In this document: positions 1 through 12,040 of the stretch, in pieces
How positions within the stretch are numbered: the first letter of the stretch is position 1
How the letters are laid out: every line of letters begins with the position of its first letter
Assembly: GCA_000091205.1 (NCBI GenBank)
Contig: AP006484.2
Strand: one strand, 5' to 3'
Length of the DNA: 64,000 nucleotides
Origin: Cyanidioschyzon merolae
Taxonomy: Eukaryota
The notes under the pieces: generated by a model
The model's database searches: none
What the model was told of the DNA's origin: nothing
The model's input: the letters and a program-made list of their open reading frames with translations, nothing else
Translations under genes and position numbers: made by a program

Positions 1-1509
1 TATAACGAGCAGGGAAGCGAACAATTACGCATAACTTGGTAGCCTTGAGTAGCGGAGGTTTCTTGGACATGCATGAACACCTGAATACATTCAAATGTCA
101 GCGGAACTATGGGCTCACTGAGGCTGTCTTCAAAGAGGGTGAAATTGGCAAGCGAATCGTCGATTTCAACACACCCCTGTGAATCATATGCGTCGACAAG
201 AATCGGAGGCATCTAAATCGTGAAGTCAACGTCTATCAAACATCCTTCGACCGCTAACAACGGAGCTCGAGAGGCTAGAGACGCAGACGCTTTTAATCCA
301 TGAGATGAGCTCGGAGAAAAGGTGTCAATTGGAAGGAAATCGCCCGCAAAAAGCTCGTGCTCATGACAGCGGCAAGAGCCCCAAACTTTACTGTGCATAC
401 TCATGGCAAAGGGGCATCTTCCATTTTATTCCGACAATGGTGGAAGTTCGATCGCCATGCGTCTAACGCGCGCCGCCGCCGTTTCCAGCGCTGCGTAACA
501 CAGCACTAGGATCCTGTAAGACAAGGGCGAGGAATTCCACATAAAAACTTATCTGTTCCATGACATGCGGACATTTCGTCGTACATTATGGATTCGCGGA
601 CGCTCCGAAGCTCCATGCTTCTGCAACGAACTCCTGTACAACACATCTCCAGGTTCGGCGCTGGATAGGATACCCATGCGTTTCGCGTATGCGATGCTCA
701 GTCACAGATGACGTCCTTGGCTTGCACTTTTGCATCCGCTTTCGTGCTCGCCCACTGTTCATCGCAGCGTAGAAATAGACGATCAAGCGCAGTCGAGTGC
801 AAAGCTACAGTCGGATGCGTCGGAGCGTCAGGCTCCCGGTTGCCGCGGCGAGCACGCGTTCAAAACCAGCGCGCATCGCCCAACGCTGCCTGTTGCAGCA
901 CATCGTTCCTATACCTCAAATACGTTAACATTCGTGAACAGCGAGTATCACCCGGTGATTCCTGGGGCACGCATATCTTCCCTCTATCCCAGGTGAATAC
1001 ACGTTTTCGCAGCTTCCTCTGCATACCTGGTGACATCAGCGGAGCCAGCGCTACGGCACCACGCTTGGCGGTGCTCGAGGATCCGGAAGTGCGAGGCGTG
1101 TCGACGACCAGAATTTTCTAGGCGCGACATCCATACAATACGAAGAATCCAGCGTTGCATCGCCTCATCCGCACGAACACCACAGGCGTCCGTCAAGAAT
1201 CAACGCGAGAGTTCGGGATCACTTCTGCCCGACTTCTTCGAAGTGAAACTATCTTCGAGGCTTCTCAGAGCATCTCATGCTCGATCAGACACTACGAAAT
1301 GCATCTCAAGGGGAGACCGTCTTCATCTGCCCTCTTCATGCTATGCGATGGAGGACGTAAACGGAGAAAACACCCCGCAGGGAGGTGCGTTCGCCCCGCG
1401 CCTGCGCAAAAGCGCCTGCGCTTCCCCGTTGGGTTAATGGACGCCGGCAGCTCGCGGCACTTATCCGGAGACTCTGTGTGAGCCTTTTACGACTACCTAC
1501 TTTTCAGGT

Positions 1510-2289
1510 ATGCTACCAGTTCAAAGCTTGCCAATTCAACGCTTGGGATTCGTGCTGCCGTCACCCTGTCAGTTGCAGTCGCGTGGAGTTTCGCACTTGC
1601 CTCGCCGCCAAGCTGGTGCAGCGGGGTCTCGGAGCGCTCGCACAGCGCGTAGGTGCGTACCTCCAGCCAAGTTACGAATGAGCACAGCGGAGCGCGACAA
1701 CCCTGGATGGACCGGGCAAGACGCACTGGATCCCGACACAGCGCTGGCTGCTGAGATATTGCGGCAACTCGTGGAGCGTTCAGCGGGAACGGAAGAACGC
1801 AATCAGAACGAGGCGCTGCCGCGGGAGACACTGCGGGAACTCGGAAGCCGCGGAGCGCAGTCGCTCGGTCGTATTTGGCAACAAACCGATGCAGACGCTA
1901 ACCTATCCGAGTTCACGCTGGCCCAACAGCTGACAGAGAACACCAGGGCGGCGCTGAGGGAACTCATCGAACGTCGAAGCGCTGCGGCTACGAGTGCGTG
2001 GCTAAGGATGGAGCGCGAGCTCAGCCGCTTCGAGACCGAGAAAGAGCACGTTCGTGCGCTCATCCAGGAGCAGAATCATCCCCTTGCACTGTTACGAGCA
2101 GTTCCGCGTTTCATCCTGAACTCTGCACACCTAAGAAATCTCTGTCTCGCAACAGCTTTCACTGCGATAGCCTTGGTTTACGTCACCCTGGGAACCATTC
2201 AAGGTGCACCATACCAGAACGCAACAATTGTTTGCACAGTGGTAGCCGCTGGCAGCATGCTCTATGCGAGCCAACGACGAGAATATTGA
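1510..2289 (+). CDS. hypothetical coiled-coil protein with C-terminal hydrophobic (tail-anchor-like) segment
   Basis: ATG-initiated 259-aa ORF with an Arg-rich N-terminus and a Glu/Arg/Leu-rich central region. There is a hydrophobic stretch AFTAIALVYVTLGTI near the C-terminus. I recognise no family. It is convergent with the PEX3 gene. Confidence 0.3.
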   Translation: MLPVQSLPIQRLGFVLPSPCQLQSRGVSHLPRRQAGAAGSRSARTARRCVPPAKLRMSTAERDNPGWTGQDALDPDTALAAEILRQLVERSAGTEERNQNEALPRETLRELGSRGAQSLGRIWQQTDADANLSEFTLAQQLTENTRAALRELIERRSAAATSAWLRMERELSRFETEKEHVRALIQEQNHPLALLRAVPRFILNSAHLRNLCLATAFTAIALVYVTLGTIQGAPYQNATIVCTVVAAGSMLYASQRREY

Positions 2290-2444
2290 AGTTTAGGCAC
2301 TGCCGTCGTCAGAGACACAAACGTCTCCCCATGGCGTTGTGTCTGAACCCGGGGGATTCACGACGTCCATGAGAGCAGTCAGCGGCTGGACGCATCCGTA
2401 CTCGACATGCGTCAGCCGTTTGTTGCATGCAGCAATCACACATT

Positions 2445-3977
2445 TCACGTGGCAGCTGGACCAGGTGCGTCGCCCTCTTTCTCCCCGGAGAGGAACACCA
2501 GCGCGGCAAACCGCTCACACACCGGCTGGTTTCGAGCAACGTGCTGATAGTTTTCATCTACAAAGACTTGGCGGCTCGTAGCGGCGCATTTGGGTAGCCA
2601 CTGAAGCAACGCCAGCGACGGGTTAGGGTCGCGCGAAGCCCGCGTCTGCTCGAGGTCGGCAAGCATTTGCCGCCAAACTGCATCAAAGATGGCCTCTGCA
2701 AATTCAGCGAAATCCATACTATCGATGACATCCAGGGTCTCGTCCAGAAGAGCGTTGAGCTGCAGCGCTGCCTGCTGCGCCGCCGTACCCCGAAGCGTAT
2801 GCTGTGTTCTGGGGCCGGCACCATGCGCCTCGACGTCGCCGCGCGGGGGCCCCGTCAACAGCTGATCAGCGTGCAACTGCTCGAACAGGCTCTGACGCGT
2901 CGCCTGAATCAAATGTTCGAGTACGGACGCCATCCAGAGTCCATTCGGTGAAACAGACGTTTCCAAGTGGTAACTCATGGACGCATGGCTCGCTGACCCC
3001 GAAGCTTTTTCCGCATGCGCTTCCCCGTCTGTTCCCGGATGCGAGGGCGCTTGGGAGTCGGCCTCGCGTCTGCATAAACACCGATGAGCGCTCTCCCATA
3101 GGCTAGCCAAATCGTGGATCTGCAGCGGCGTCTGTAGATCCCAGCGCCGCTCCTCCAGTTCATGCTGCACCCTGCGCATGATGTTCTCTGTGATGAGCGT
3201 TTCGAGAAACTCCACGTCGCCGAGTTTGCGTGCGAGGCGCAGGTACGCCCTCTGTACCTGCCGCATTGGCTGTTCTAGGTTCGCTCCAGGTAAAGCCAGG
3301 AGTTCTGTGAGTAGCTCCTTCTCGGTAGGAAGTGAGTGCTGAACACTGGAACGGCGTTCGCGGCGTTCGTAGCGTTCGCTGTTCGCCAGCGCCGCCGCCA
3401 AACTCAGATACCGACCAAGTAAGTTGACTTGCACGCACACAAGGGCCTGTAAAAGGCAGTAAACATAAGCAGAAGCCAGAACACGGGTAAGCGAGAGCAC
3501 CGTGAGTTGCTTCCAAAGCAGCTGCGTCGAATGCCCCGTTGTCGGATCCTCTGAAGGCCGGTCGTTGCAACTCGTATCCTCGGTATGAGCACGGAGCTTG
3601 CGAATGATACCTGCGGTATCAAAGAAACGTTCCAAACGCTGTTGTAGTAATCCGCCTAAGGATACAATAGTCGCTGTCATGGTCCGTTTGTTTGTCTCAT
3701 ACTGCTGGCGGAACACTTGGAACGCAGAAACGACAGCGGATGATGCTTCTTCGTCGCTTGTTGGGGTTCCGCTGGGGTCTCCCGCGGCACCGCTCTGCAC
3801 AATCGTACCCAGTGAGTGCGTCTGCGGAGACGTCACACCGCTCCAAGCCGACCAGAGCTTCCACTCCGCCTCCTTCTTCGTGAGCCAGCGGCGTAACGGC
3901 CGCCATGCGAGATACCCTAGACCGGCAACGGCCACCGCTCCCGTGAGGTAGTAGGTCCAACGACGCGCTCGTCGCAT
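2445..3977 (-). CDS. PEX3: peroxin-3 (PEX3) peroxisome biogenesis factor
   Basis: N-terminal TM-like WTYYLTGAVAVAGLGYLAW, then the block LTVLSLTRVLASAYVYCLLQALVCVQVNLLGRYLSLAAA matching the PEX3 core ([39 protein letters not shown]). The track start at 4328 is GTG. The first in-frame ATG is at 3977 (codon cat 3975-3977), giving 511 aa. Confidence 0.7.
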   Translation of the reverse strand: MRRARRWTYYLTGAVAVAGLGYLAWRPLRRWLTKKEAEWKLWSAWSGVTSPQTHSLGTIVQSGAAGDPSGTPTSDEEASSAVVSAFQVFRQQYETNKRTMTATIVSLGGLLQQRLERFFDTAGIIRKLRAHTEDTSCNDRPSEDPTTGHSTQLLWKQLTVLSLTRVLASAYVYCLLQALVCVQVNLLGRYLSLAAALANSERYERRERRSSVQHSLPTEKELLTELLALPGANLEQPMRQVQRAYLRLARKLGDVEFLETLITENIMRRVQHELEERRWDLQTPLQIHDLASLWESAHRCLCRREADSQAPSHPGTDGEAHAEKASGSASHASMSYHLETSVSPNGLWMASVLEHLIQATRQSLFEQLHADQLLTGPPRGDVEAHGAGPRTQHTLRGTAAQQAALQLNALLDETLDVIDSMDFAEFAEAIFDAVWRQMLADLEQTRASRDPNPSLALLQWLPKCAATSRQVFVDENYQHVARNQPVCERFAALVFLSGEKEGDAPGPAAT

Positions 3978-4204
3978 AGAAGTAGCTACCCAGTAGGAAA
4001 GAGGAAGCTCTACGTCTCTGAAATTACTTGGTTGCGCAGCAAACGAGCTTTCAGGGGGCAACCCCTGAAGAAAAAAAGCTGCCTGGGTTGGCGTGTACCC
4101 GTTGTGACGTGCTGGTCTTCGGGTGTCTCGCGACTGAAAAGCGCAGACAGCTCGAAACGCTCTACTGCGACGCTTATTCCGTTTTTGCCAGCGACCTGCA
4201 AGAA

Positions 4205-4230
4205 AAGCTGCTGCTGCTGCTGCTGCTGCT
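4205..4230. repeat. (CTG)n microsatellite in intergenic DNA
   Basis: ctgctgctgctgctgctgctgctc read directly. Confidence 0.8.
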
Positions 4231-5337
4231 CGAACTAGTCTAAGGACCGCGTCTTCTGTGTCCAGCGGTGAGCCGCAACCCTTTCCGCAGAATAGCGCCC
4301 AAGTCTTTGGAACTGGAGCTCGAATCACCAGTTCCGCTTCTGGAAGTTGTTACCCAAGTACCTCGACCGGCTACAACCTGATACGTACCCCCGTTTCCAC
4401 TGCGTTCGTTGTGCGTACAGCGTCGATCCCGCGAGCCCTGGGCAGCTCACGAACAGCTGCAGACGGCTGGTCCCAGACGCCTCACAGGTCCTCGGCCTTT
4501 CTAGGCGCAGTGCGAAGCCAGAGCGGTCCCAGTAGGGTAACGGGCTTCAAAAAGCAGCCCCGAACACTCTTGGTCGACACTACAAGCACGTGTCTGGGAT
4601 TTCAATGGACTGCAGTCAACAAGAAGCAAACACACACACACACACAGAGAGAGAGAGCGAGGGCAAGAGAACGTCAAGTCGTTTTCCCTGGAAAAGTCGC
4701 ATCGAGGCGTTGTTGAGCAGGGCGTCCAAGCGCGGCAGCTGCTGCGGAGGGAGTCGTCACACCACCGGGACGTTTGCTTTGGTGTCTTTCCATAACAGCT
4801 ACTTGCAGTTCATCTTGTCGAATGGAAAGCACGCTCTAGCCAACAAGCAACTTTATAGGTCTGTGTGAAGAACTTGCAGTCCCTACCGGCGGAGCGGAGG
4901 CAGCCAACGCTACCTGTTTCGCTCGGAGCAGAAACGGAGCACTGAACAGCAACGAACGCCGCCCTGTACATCACTGCTACAACTACTATTTCTCCGCTAC
5001 TACTACTACTACTACGCTATCACTGCTGCTTCACTGCCGCTCTGGGGGTGCCTTGTGTTTCACGCGCTACCTTTGCGACACAGCAGCTTTCCATAGAGAC
5101 CGCCACCGTCTTTACGGGAAACGAGCGCGCTGCGTGTCCCCACTGGATATATCTCAAACTCTTTGGGCCCGAGCAGCGCTTTTCAAATCGAGACTTTGTA
5201 ACTGTGCGACTGGAAGCACTCACTGGCGACCACTTTCCTGCCAACAACGCGCTGTATGCCCTGGACCAGCTTCAAAGCATCTGCGTCTCGTATCACAACG
5301 CTCACCGGCACGCTATCTGCACAGCACCATTGTCGCT

Positions 5338-7161
5338 ATGGAGCACTCCGGGCCACTACTTGCCTTTACCTGTCGTGCGTGGGTCACTATATTCCTTCTG
5401 GGCAAGAGTGTGGATGTGTTGACCCGTCGTCGATTCTCCCGATGGTTGAGCCAACACCACATAACCTGGGCGCTAGGCGTGTTCATATACCAACACGCTT
5501 TCGCCGCTCCCAATCCAGATAGAGCAATACTGCAGCCTGCAATCGAGAGGAACCAGAGAAATGCTCCGAGGCAACGACCAGCTCGTTTTCGCCGACGAGT
5601 CGAACGGATGTTGCGATGGAGCTTCGAAATTGGTGCGTATCTGACCTTGCTGATCGGCTTGGTGTGGATCGTCTGGGTCCTATCCCAGTTGTTGCAACAG
5701 GTGCACCTGCGCTCTGCGTGCCTGGTATCGCGTAGTGTGAATCGCGCCTATGCGCCTCTAGACGACAGAAAAGCCGTGGCAATCAAAATGTCTACGTCGC
5801 TCGAGGAAGCGAGCCCGAATCCGAGAATTCCCCGCGCTCCTTCGAGGATGCATCCCGGAGATGCCGCTCCCGGTAAAATGCGTGAGCGTGGTGGTGTGAA
5901 GGTTCATTTTGGTACCGCGAAAGCGGTCGCACTGTCTCCATTTGCCAATAGCAAGCCAGTCGAGGATTCCGGAGCGGAGCATTTCGCAGAGGCTCCGCTT
6001 GCGTTACCCGCAGCACGGCCCGGTGAGCGTGCGTATCGCGGGGGATCCACAGCACCGGCAAGCCACCCATCGAGCAAGTACTGGTACACGAACGGTGCTG
6101 GACAACTGCTGGATATGGGCTTGCTAATTCTGGCGATTGGACTGGCAGTAATCGCCCATGAACTGGGTCACGCGGTTGCTGCTTCCCTGGAGGATGTGGC
6201 GCTCACACACCTGGGTCTATTTGTTATAGCCTGTTTCCCTGGTGCGTATATCCGGTTGGAGTCGCGCACGCTTCACCGTCTGAGTCTGCGTCAGCAGCTG
6301 CGCATCTACGCTGCTGGTTGTGTGCAGAGTCTGCTGGTAGCCATGATATCGCTCGGCATGCTGAACGTGTTGCCGCTCGTGGGGCGCTTCAGCGGTTACG
6401 TGGCCTCCGATCGTCACGAAGGTGCTGTTGCGGCCTGGATTCATCCGGATTCTCCCTGGAGAGCAATCACTGAGCCCGAGAGTCTCTTGATTGCCATCGA
6501 TGGTGAACTGGAGGCTCCCGCTGGTTACATTTGCTTGCGACATGTATCCGCACCAGTTGTGACGCGTTGTGAAGTTACCTCTGGTCGATGCGCTTGCGTT
6601 ATCGAAAGCGACAAACTGCCGGAGACGCGTATCCATGACTCGGTAACTGCCGCTGGCAAGCAATGGCATTGTATGGTCTTTGAAGCGCCCCGCCGACGGC
6701 TTAGTGAAAGCACAGCAAGCTCGCTGCTCACTGGCGGTCAAGTTGCGCGGCTCATGTCGATGGACACGTTACCAGCAGCAGCGTCCCGTTTGATGTGGTT
6801 TGATGAGACCCCCGAGCGTATTACGCAAGAGATGCGCTTCAGCGACGACGTCCAGCAGTCACCACGGCCGTTTATGGGTCACAGTTTGCTGCATACCGCG
6901 GAAACGTTGCTAGCGTATTTGTTTCTTGTCTCGCTTGGACTAGGCCTGCTGAATATTATACCGGCTTTGGGGCTCGATGGTGCGCATCTGCTGCGACTCG
7001 TGGTGGAGGCATGGATTCGAAAACTCAGTCCGGAGCGGGTGCGGCTCATTCGCACGCTGCGGCTATTTACCCGAGTGGTGCTAGTCGGTCACACGCTGCT
7101 GCTGGTGGCGCTCGGACTTGTGGCAGTGCTCACGCAGCACTTGCCTATTGGCGCAGGTTAA
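5338..7161 (+). CDS. site-2 protease family (peptidase M50, S2P/MBTPS2-like) intramembrane metalloprotease
   Basis: HExxH motif AIGLAVIAHELGHAVAA, downstream FPGAYIRL and LRIYAAGC, and C-terminal NIIPALGLDGAHLL (the LDG motif). It is multi-TM and its order matches MBTPS2. The track start at 5053 is TTG. The first ATG is at 5338 (MEHSGPLLAF), giving 607 aa. Confidence 0.8.
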   Translation: MEHSGPLLAFTCRAWVTIFLLGKSVDVLTRRRFSRWLSQHHITWALGVFIYQHAFAAPNPDRAILQPAIERNQRNAPRQRPARFRRRVERMLRWSFEIGAYLTLLIGLVWIVWVLSQLLQQVHLRSACLVSRSVNRAYAPLDDRKAVAIKMSTSLEEASPNPRIPRAPSRMHPGDAAPGKMRERGGVKVHFGTAKAVALSPFANSKPVEDSGAEHFAEAPLALPAARPGERAYRGGSTAPASHPSSKYWYTNGAGQLLDMGLLILAIGLAVIAHELGHAVAASLEDVALTHLGLFVIACFPGAYIRLESRTLHRLSLRQQLRIYAAGCVQSLLVAMISLGMLNVLPLVGRFSGYVASDRHEGAVAAWIHPDSPWRAITEPESLLIAIDGELEAPAGYICLRHVSAPVVTRCEVTSGRCACVIESDKLPETRIHDSVTAAGKQWHCMVFEAPRRRLSESTASSLLTGGQVARLMSMDTLPAAASRLMWFDETPERITQEMRFSDDVQQSPRPFMGHSLLHTAETLLAYLFLVSLGLGLLNIIPALGLDGAHLLRLVVEAWIRKLSPERVRLIRTLRLFTRVVLVGHTLLLVALGLVAVLTQHLPIGAG

Positions 7162-8176
7162 GTGCTTGTTTCCGTGGATACGCTTTGATGTTCACAGGAG
7201 ACAGAACTTGTCTTTTCACTTAGAGACGGATGACGTATGCTGGTACCGCCAGAGGCAGTGTGCGTTTCCCTAGGAAGGCGTAGGTTTTTTGAATCTGGAC
7301 GCATCCTTGTTTTCCAGTAGACATCGATCTTTCGTTCGAGAGTCTAGACGCAACTTATTTCGTTCCTCTCCGTTCCTGGGTGCTGCATAGGCTCTACTAG
7401 AACAGCGCGCAGTCCGCGCATGTTGACATCTCCATTACTGGTACCGAGAAACCAGAAGATGACCGCTGAGCGGCGAACGTGCATCTACAAGTCTAGACAA
7501 TGACGACGACGACGACGACGAAGGCCTCCGGTTAGGCATCCAGTTCGTGATCCAAGTACTGGCGATGCAGGTGTCGCTTGCAGGCGAATAGCTATGCAAG
7601 CGACGCCGACCAAGCGTCGCTAGAGACATTTTGTCTATGCGCTGATCACAAGGTGCACCGCTTGTGTATCGAATAAAGACCTTTGCTTTGGTAATTATGC
7701 GGATGCGAGAATGCGTCGTGAGATGCGTCCTTCGATTTTCACAGGATCCTCTAACAACCTCTTTGCTAAACGTTGGACGTGCATGCTTTTTTTTGCTTTA
7801 CGACTGCGTTTCCTCGCACAAGGTCACGCAATGTGCGACTTTGGTAGCCTGCAACAGTTGCATGTGAACCGGTCGGCACGTACGTCATTTGCAGGGTTCT
7901 GTTCATGCTGCCAGCATGGACGTAATGGAGACTCGTTTTCGTCATCGACACCACGCCTACGATGTACGCTTATCGCTTTGAGCAAGCACTTCAACCTGGC
8001 TTCGTATTCAGGGGACCGGTCGCTTCCAACCCGCATACGCGTCAATGTATTCGGGCTGCACCTGAATAGCGCGCTTCTCGGCGTTGGTGTATGACGCCTC
8101 GAAAAGCGTGCTTCCTCATGCGCCTGCATATGATGCCTTGTTCACGCAGCCGTTCAAAGTGCACCCTCAGAGGCAT

Positions 8177-9673
8177 TCAGTTCGCATCCAGCAGAACAGC
8201 ATGCACGAGTGTGCCTGCGGGTAGCGGCTCAGTTCCCGGTGGCACATACACCAACACATCGGCGTGAACAACGCTCTGTAGTCGAGTACTTGATTGATTT
8301 CCGGTTATGGAGAACAGTGGCAGATAGGACTCGGCCTGTTTCGAATCCAAGGCGGACGTCAGAGATACCTCCGTCATTCGTGCAAAGCAGCTGAAGGATT
8401 CGCTTGTTGCGCTGCTCCGACAAAAGCTCCCCAGACACGTCGGTGCAAGCAGGTGCGCTCGTTGAAACTCGGGGCGCTCCGCATCAGGTACCACGACATG
8501 CGCTAGACGACCGATGATGCAGCGCGGATAGGCTCGTTCTATGGAGACACCTTTCAGCAGTTGAATTGCTGGGACGACAAGAAGTGCGAAACAGACGCTG
8601 CTACTCACTGGGTTACCGGGGAGCGCGAACGCGAGCCAGGGCCGCTTCGTTGAACAAAGATTACTTGCAAAGGTCATCGGTTTGCCCGGTTTCATCCGCA
8701 ATCGACCAAAATGAATGCGTCCATGCTGAGCCAGGAGCGGTTTCACGACATCACTGAGGCCCATGCTCACACCGCCGCTGATAATGAGTACATCCTGCTG
8801 TGCATTCGTCAAAAGTGCCGCGAGATTGTCAGCGACTTCTTCGTCAGAAGCGATACCGGCATCAATGATATGCGATGGTGGTAAGTAGCGCCGTAATAGA
8901 CCCAGTAGCAACGGACGATTCGAGTCGTAGACGCTTCCAGCGGTGAGCGAGGATGGTGACGCCGACGGGTCGCAAAGTTCGCTGCCAGTAGAGAGCACGG
9001 CAACTCGCGGAACTCGTTGCAGCGGTATCGATCGTTGAACGCCAAAGCTACAGAGAACACTGCGTTCAACAGCACCCAGTTGTTGACCTCGTTCTAGCAC
9101 GACTTGACCGAAAGCGACGTCGTCGCCTTGGTGGCGCACCTCGGAGCCGGCTGGAACGCTGTAACCGGATGCAACCAGAATATGGAAAGACTCAAACGGT
9201 TCGTCTGAGCTTTTCGGGGCGCTTCCTGATGTCTCGTTCTCAAGCACCTGCACCTGCTCGACAGGAACGACAGCGTCTGCCCCTGGTGGTAGCGGAGCTC
9301 CCGTGGTGATGTACCTGCAGGTGCCCGCAGCGAGGCCGTCGACCTTTGGTGTTACCTGCCCAGCCACCTGACAACCTATACAGCGCAGTGTTCGGCTCGA
9401 AAGCAAGTCTTGACTACGGACAGCGTATCCGTCCTTTAGTGCCATATCAAAGCGTGGTACCGGCCAGGGAGCGGTGATAGCGTCCGCCAAAACTGCCGTT
9501 CCCGACTGCAGTGCGGCATCATCCCAGTTTGCGAGAACGGGTCCAGCTTGCTGCAGTCGTTCCGCCAAGGCAAGTGCCACTTCTTGGACAGTTCTCCAGG
9601 CCTCCTCCATCGATACCATGGGGTACGGTGACTGACCCTGCCGTCGATCTTGCATCTGGAAGAGGCGTTGCAT
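8177..9673 (-). CDS. molybdopterin molybdenumtransferase (MoeA / gephyrin E-domain type), standalone
   Basis: SPYPMVSMEEAWRTV N-terminus typical of MoeA/gephyrin-E, plus LSTGSELCDP...GSVYDSNRPLL and ISGGVSMGLSDVVKPLL. The track start is GTG. The first ATG is at 9673 (MQRLFQ). There is no MogA/G-domain fused. Confidence 0.8.
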   Translation of the reverse strand: MQRLFQMQDRRQGQSPYPMVSMEEAWRTVQEVALALAERLQQAGPVLANWDDAALQSGTAVLADAITAPWPVPRFDMALKDGYAVRSQDLLSSRTLRCIGCQVAGQVTPKVDGLAAGTCRYITTGAPLPPGADAVVPVEQVQVLENETSGSAPKSSDEPFESFHILVASGYSVPAGSEVRHQGDDVAFGQVVLERGQQLGAVERSVLCSFGVQRSIPLQRVPRVAVLSTGSELCDPSASPSSLTAGSVYDSNRPLLLGLLRRYLPPSHIIDAGIASDEEVADNLAALLTNAQQDVLIISGGVSMGLSDVVKPLLAQHGRIHFGRLRMKPGKPMTFASNLCSTKRPWLAFALPGNPVSSSVCFALLVVPAIQLLKGVSIERAYPRCIIGRLAHVVVPDAERPEFQRAHLLAPTCLGSFCRSSATSESFSCFARMTEVSLTSALDSKQAESYLPLFSITGNQSSTRLQSVVHADVLVYVPPGTEPLPAGTLVHAVLLDAN

Positions 9674-12040
9674 ACAAGTCCAAGAAAATGCCGTGGGCAC
9701 GTGCTGTGCGGTTGCAGGTCGCCGGCGACGCCTCACAGGTGTCGCGTGAAAACGGAACACTGAACGAACTACCCTAAGTGTGCCTTGTGATGTCGGGGGA
9801 ATTTTCTCATGCGTACCGTCTTGACATTCGACGTGGAGGAGTCAAGAATTATTGTGGATGCGTACGTCGTTTTAGGATTCTGGATTGTCTTTTGGGAGCT
9901 GCTGTTTAGACTCTTGGATACTGACATTCGTACAATCAACGGTATCAAGACAGTTCGTGAAGCGCTCGAACAAGGATTCCTAACGTGCATGGAATCGCTG
10001 TCCAATGCATAGGGGCAGGCTTCTATGCTTCTCGCCTCCTTACGTATGGAACGTTCAAATCCCGGATTCTTCAAACTTCGATCGTTCTGGTGCAAGGCAA
10101 CGCCTGGGTACAGTGTTTGGTGCTACTGAAATGCCGAGGAGAAATACTCGACAGCATCCTTCGGCGACTTGATGGCAAGCTCTTGCGAAACGCTTCCCGT
10201 ACTTTGCACGCCAAAAAATGAGTTTCGTAACCAAGCCAAATCACCATATCTTTGTAGGCGGAAACAGAACAAGACTCGACAGCTGCATGGTACCGCGTTA
10301 GAGGTTCGCTACCAGAGACTCCGACTCTTCGGTTTGCGTAGACGGAGGTCCTAGATTTGGACCTGAATCCTAGCAGCAAGCTCTTTCAGCGCAAAGGTTG
10401 TGACTGCTTTGCGTGAAGGGATCGTGAACGGATCGAAGTTTCTCGACTTGCTCTCCAGCATGGATTTTGCTTCCAGTACTCGTCTCGTCATGGACAGCAT
10501 CGCATTCGATATATCTTCAATAGCCTAGAAGTGCGGATATCTGCGTGTTCGGCAGCCAATGTACTCACCGTGGACTTTGCCCCGCAGAAGCCCGCGATTC
10601 CTGTGCACGGCACTGGACCATGAAACGGTGGAGGGCATTCACGATAGCCCGGTGAACCGATCGAGTAGATGAACCGAGCGATACACCAAGCGTTTATGCT
10701 CCAGGAGCGGTCTTCAGACGAGGAAAAATAGGTAGTCATGGTGCGTTATGGTGCACTCCTAAGGAGATACCGCACCATAGCAAATAGTCGGCGCTATCAA
10801 GGGCGCTCCGATGCTGTAAACAAAGAGAATGAACATGGCAAGAAAAGTCGAGAATGCATTCGCTCATAGCCCTCCTGATCATGCTATGCGCGGACAACAG
10901 CCAGAGGCGACGACATGGTGTCATGAAGCCTGCCATCAACGTCCTCCAAGTGATGCAAACCGAACTGAAGAGACAGGAGACACCCACGAGATTCAAGCCG
11001 GAGGTACGAGAGCTCCGAAGAAAGCAGTCGCAGAAAAAAGATCGCAAAGGCTACCACGAGCACCAGCTGGTAAAAGCTGCAAACTTCACTATGTACACTC
11101 GAGTTCGCTAGGTGTGCGCCCGTCCCACTTTTATTCTACAAGTGTCATAAGCGCGCTTGGACTCAAGTATCCCGGAGAATACAGGACGCAAGATATGAAC
11201 CGAGTTCTATGGATTCCATCGAATCAGGAAAACTCCAGGTCTGTTCAGGCTCAACGATCTACCGGCACAGCGGACACTATAGCTTAACTCCTTTCCGCCG
11301 ATCCAAAAGCGTGCAGGAGACAACAACAACAACAACTAGAGCAACAACGCTACCCGACTTTCTATCCCTGGTGCCGTACGCTGCACTGCAGCGCTTTGAG
11401 CGGCGTTCCGTTCAGTGACGTTACCAAGCGCGTTTCGCACCTGCTTTCTTTCCGCTATCGTACTTGTCGGGTACGCTCATAACATTGACTAGGTGCACAT
11501 TGAACATACTCGGGTTCCCGCGGAACCCTTCGAAAGGCTTCGCTTTGAAGACAGCGTGCAAGCGAGCCGCAGCTCGAAGAACAGGATCCGTAGCTGCTCG
11601 AAGCGAGCACACCTAGTCCGCTATTCCGCTTAGGCTTGGATAGCTATCGAGTCGTCGTTCGCGTTCGGGTGGAGTCTGTGGGACCAGGAGACCTCCGGCG
11701 CTAGTTTAGGTCTGGTCTCGAACAGGTACTGTGCATATATTTGTCTTGGAGTCCGAATAAGCCGGTGTGTCGTACGACTTTAGAAACTCCGAGACCTACC
11801 ATTGTTGACGGGTGGGTGTACGGCGGCTGGTGCCTAGTTGTGCTTAGGAATCGTCAACAAGCGCATCGGAGGTCAAGTTTCTTGCACGCTGTCACAAGAC
11901 TCGCTGCCCAGGGGTCTCTTCACGGCACACGGCGGCTCGAAGGAGCGTTTCGTGAACCAGAGAGAACGCGGCTTCTGTGGCTGCGTTTTTAGAGACGCCT
12001 GCTCGCCGACTCTATTCCAAGTGACCCCGAGAGCACCGCT

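Noticed and set aside
3978-4328. Long N-terminal extensions suggested by the ORF track for PEX3 (from 4328), NOG1 (from 22732), the site-2 protease (from 5053), GH13 (from 51813), Sac1, ABHD and MoeA
   Set aside because: The track's M codons at those positions are GTG/TTG when read in the sequence. The first true ATG in each case coincides with the conserved protein N-terminus.
10040-10080. gttcaaatccc T-loop-like motif
   Set aside because: There is no complementary T-stem or other tRNA arms.
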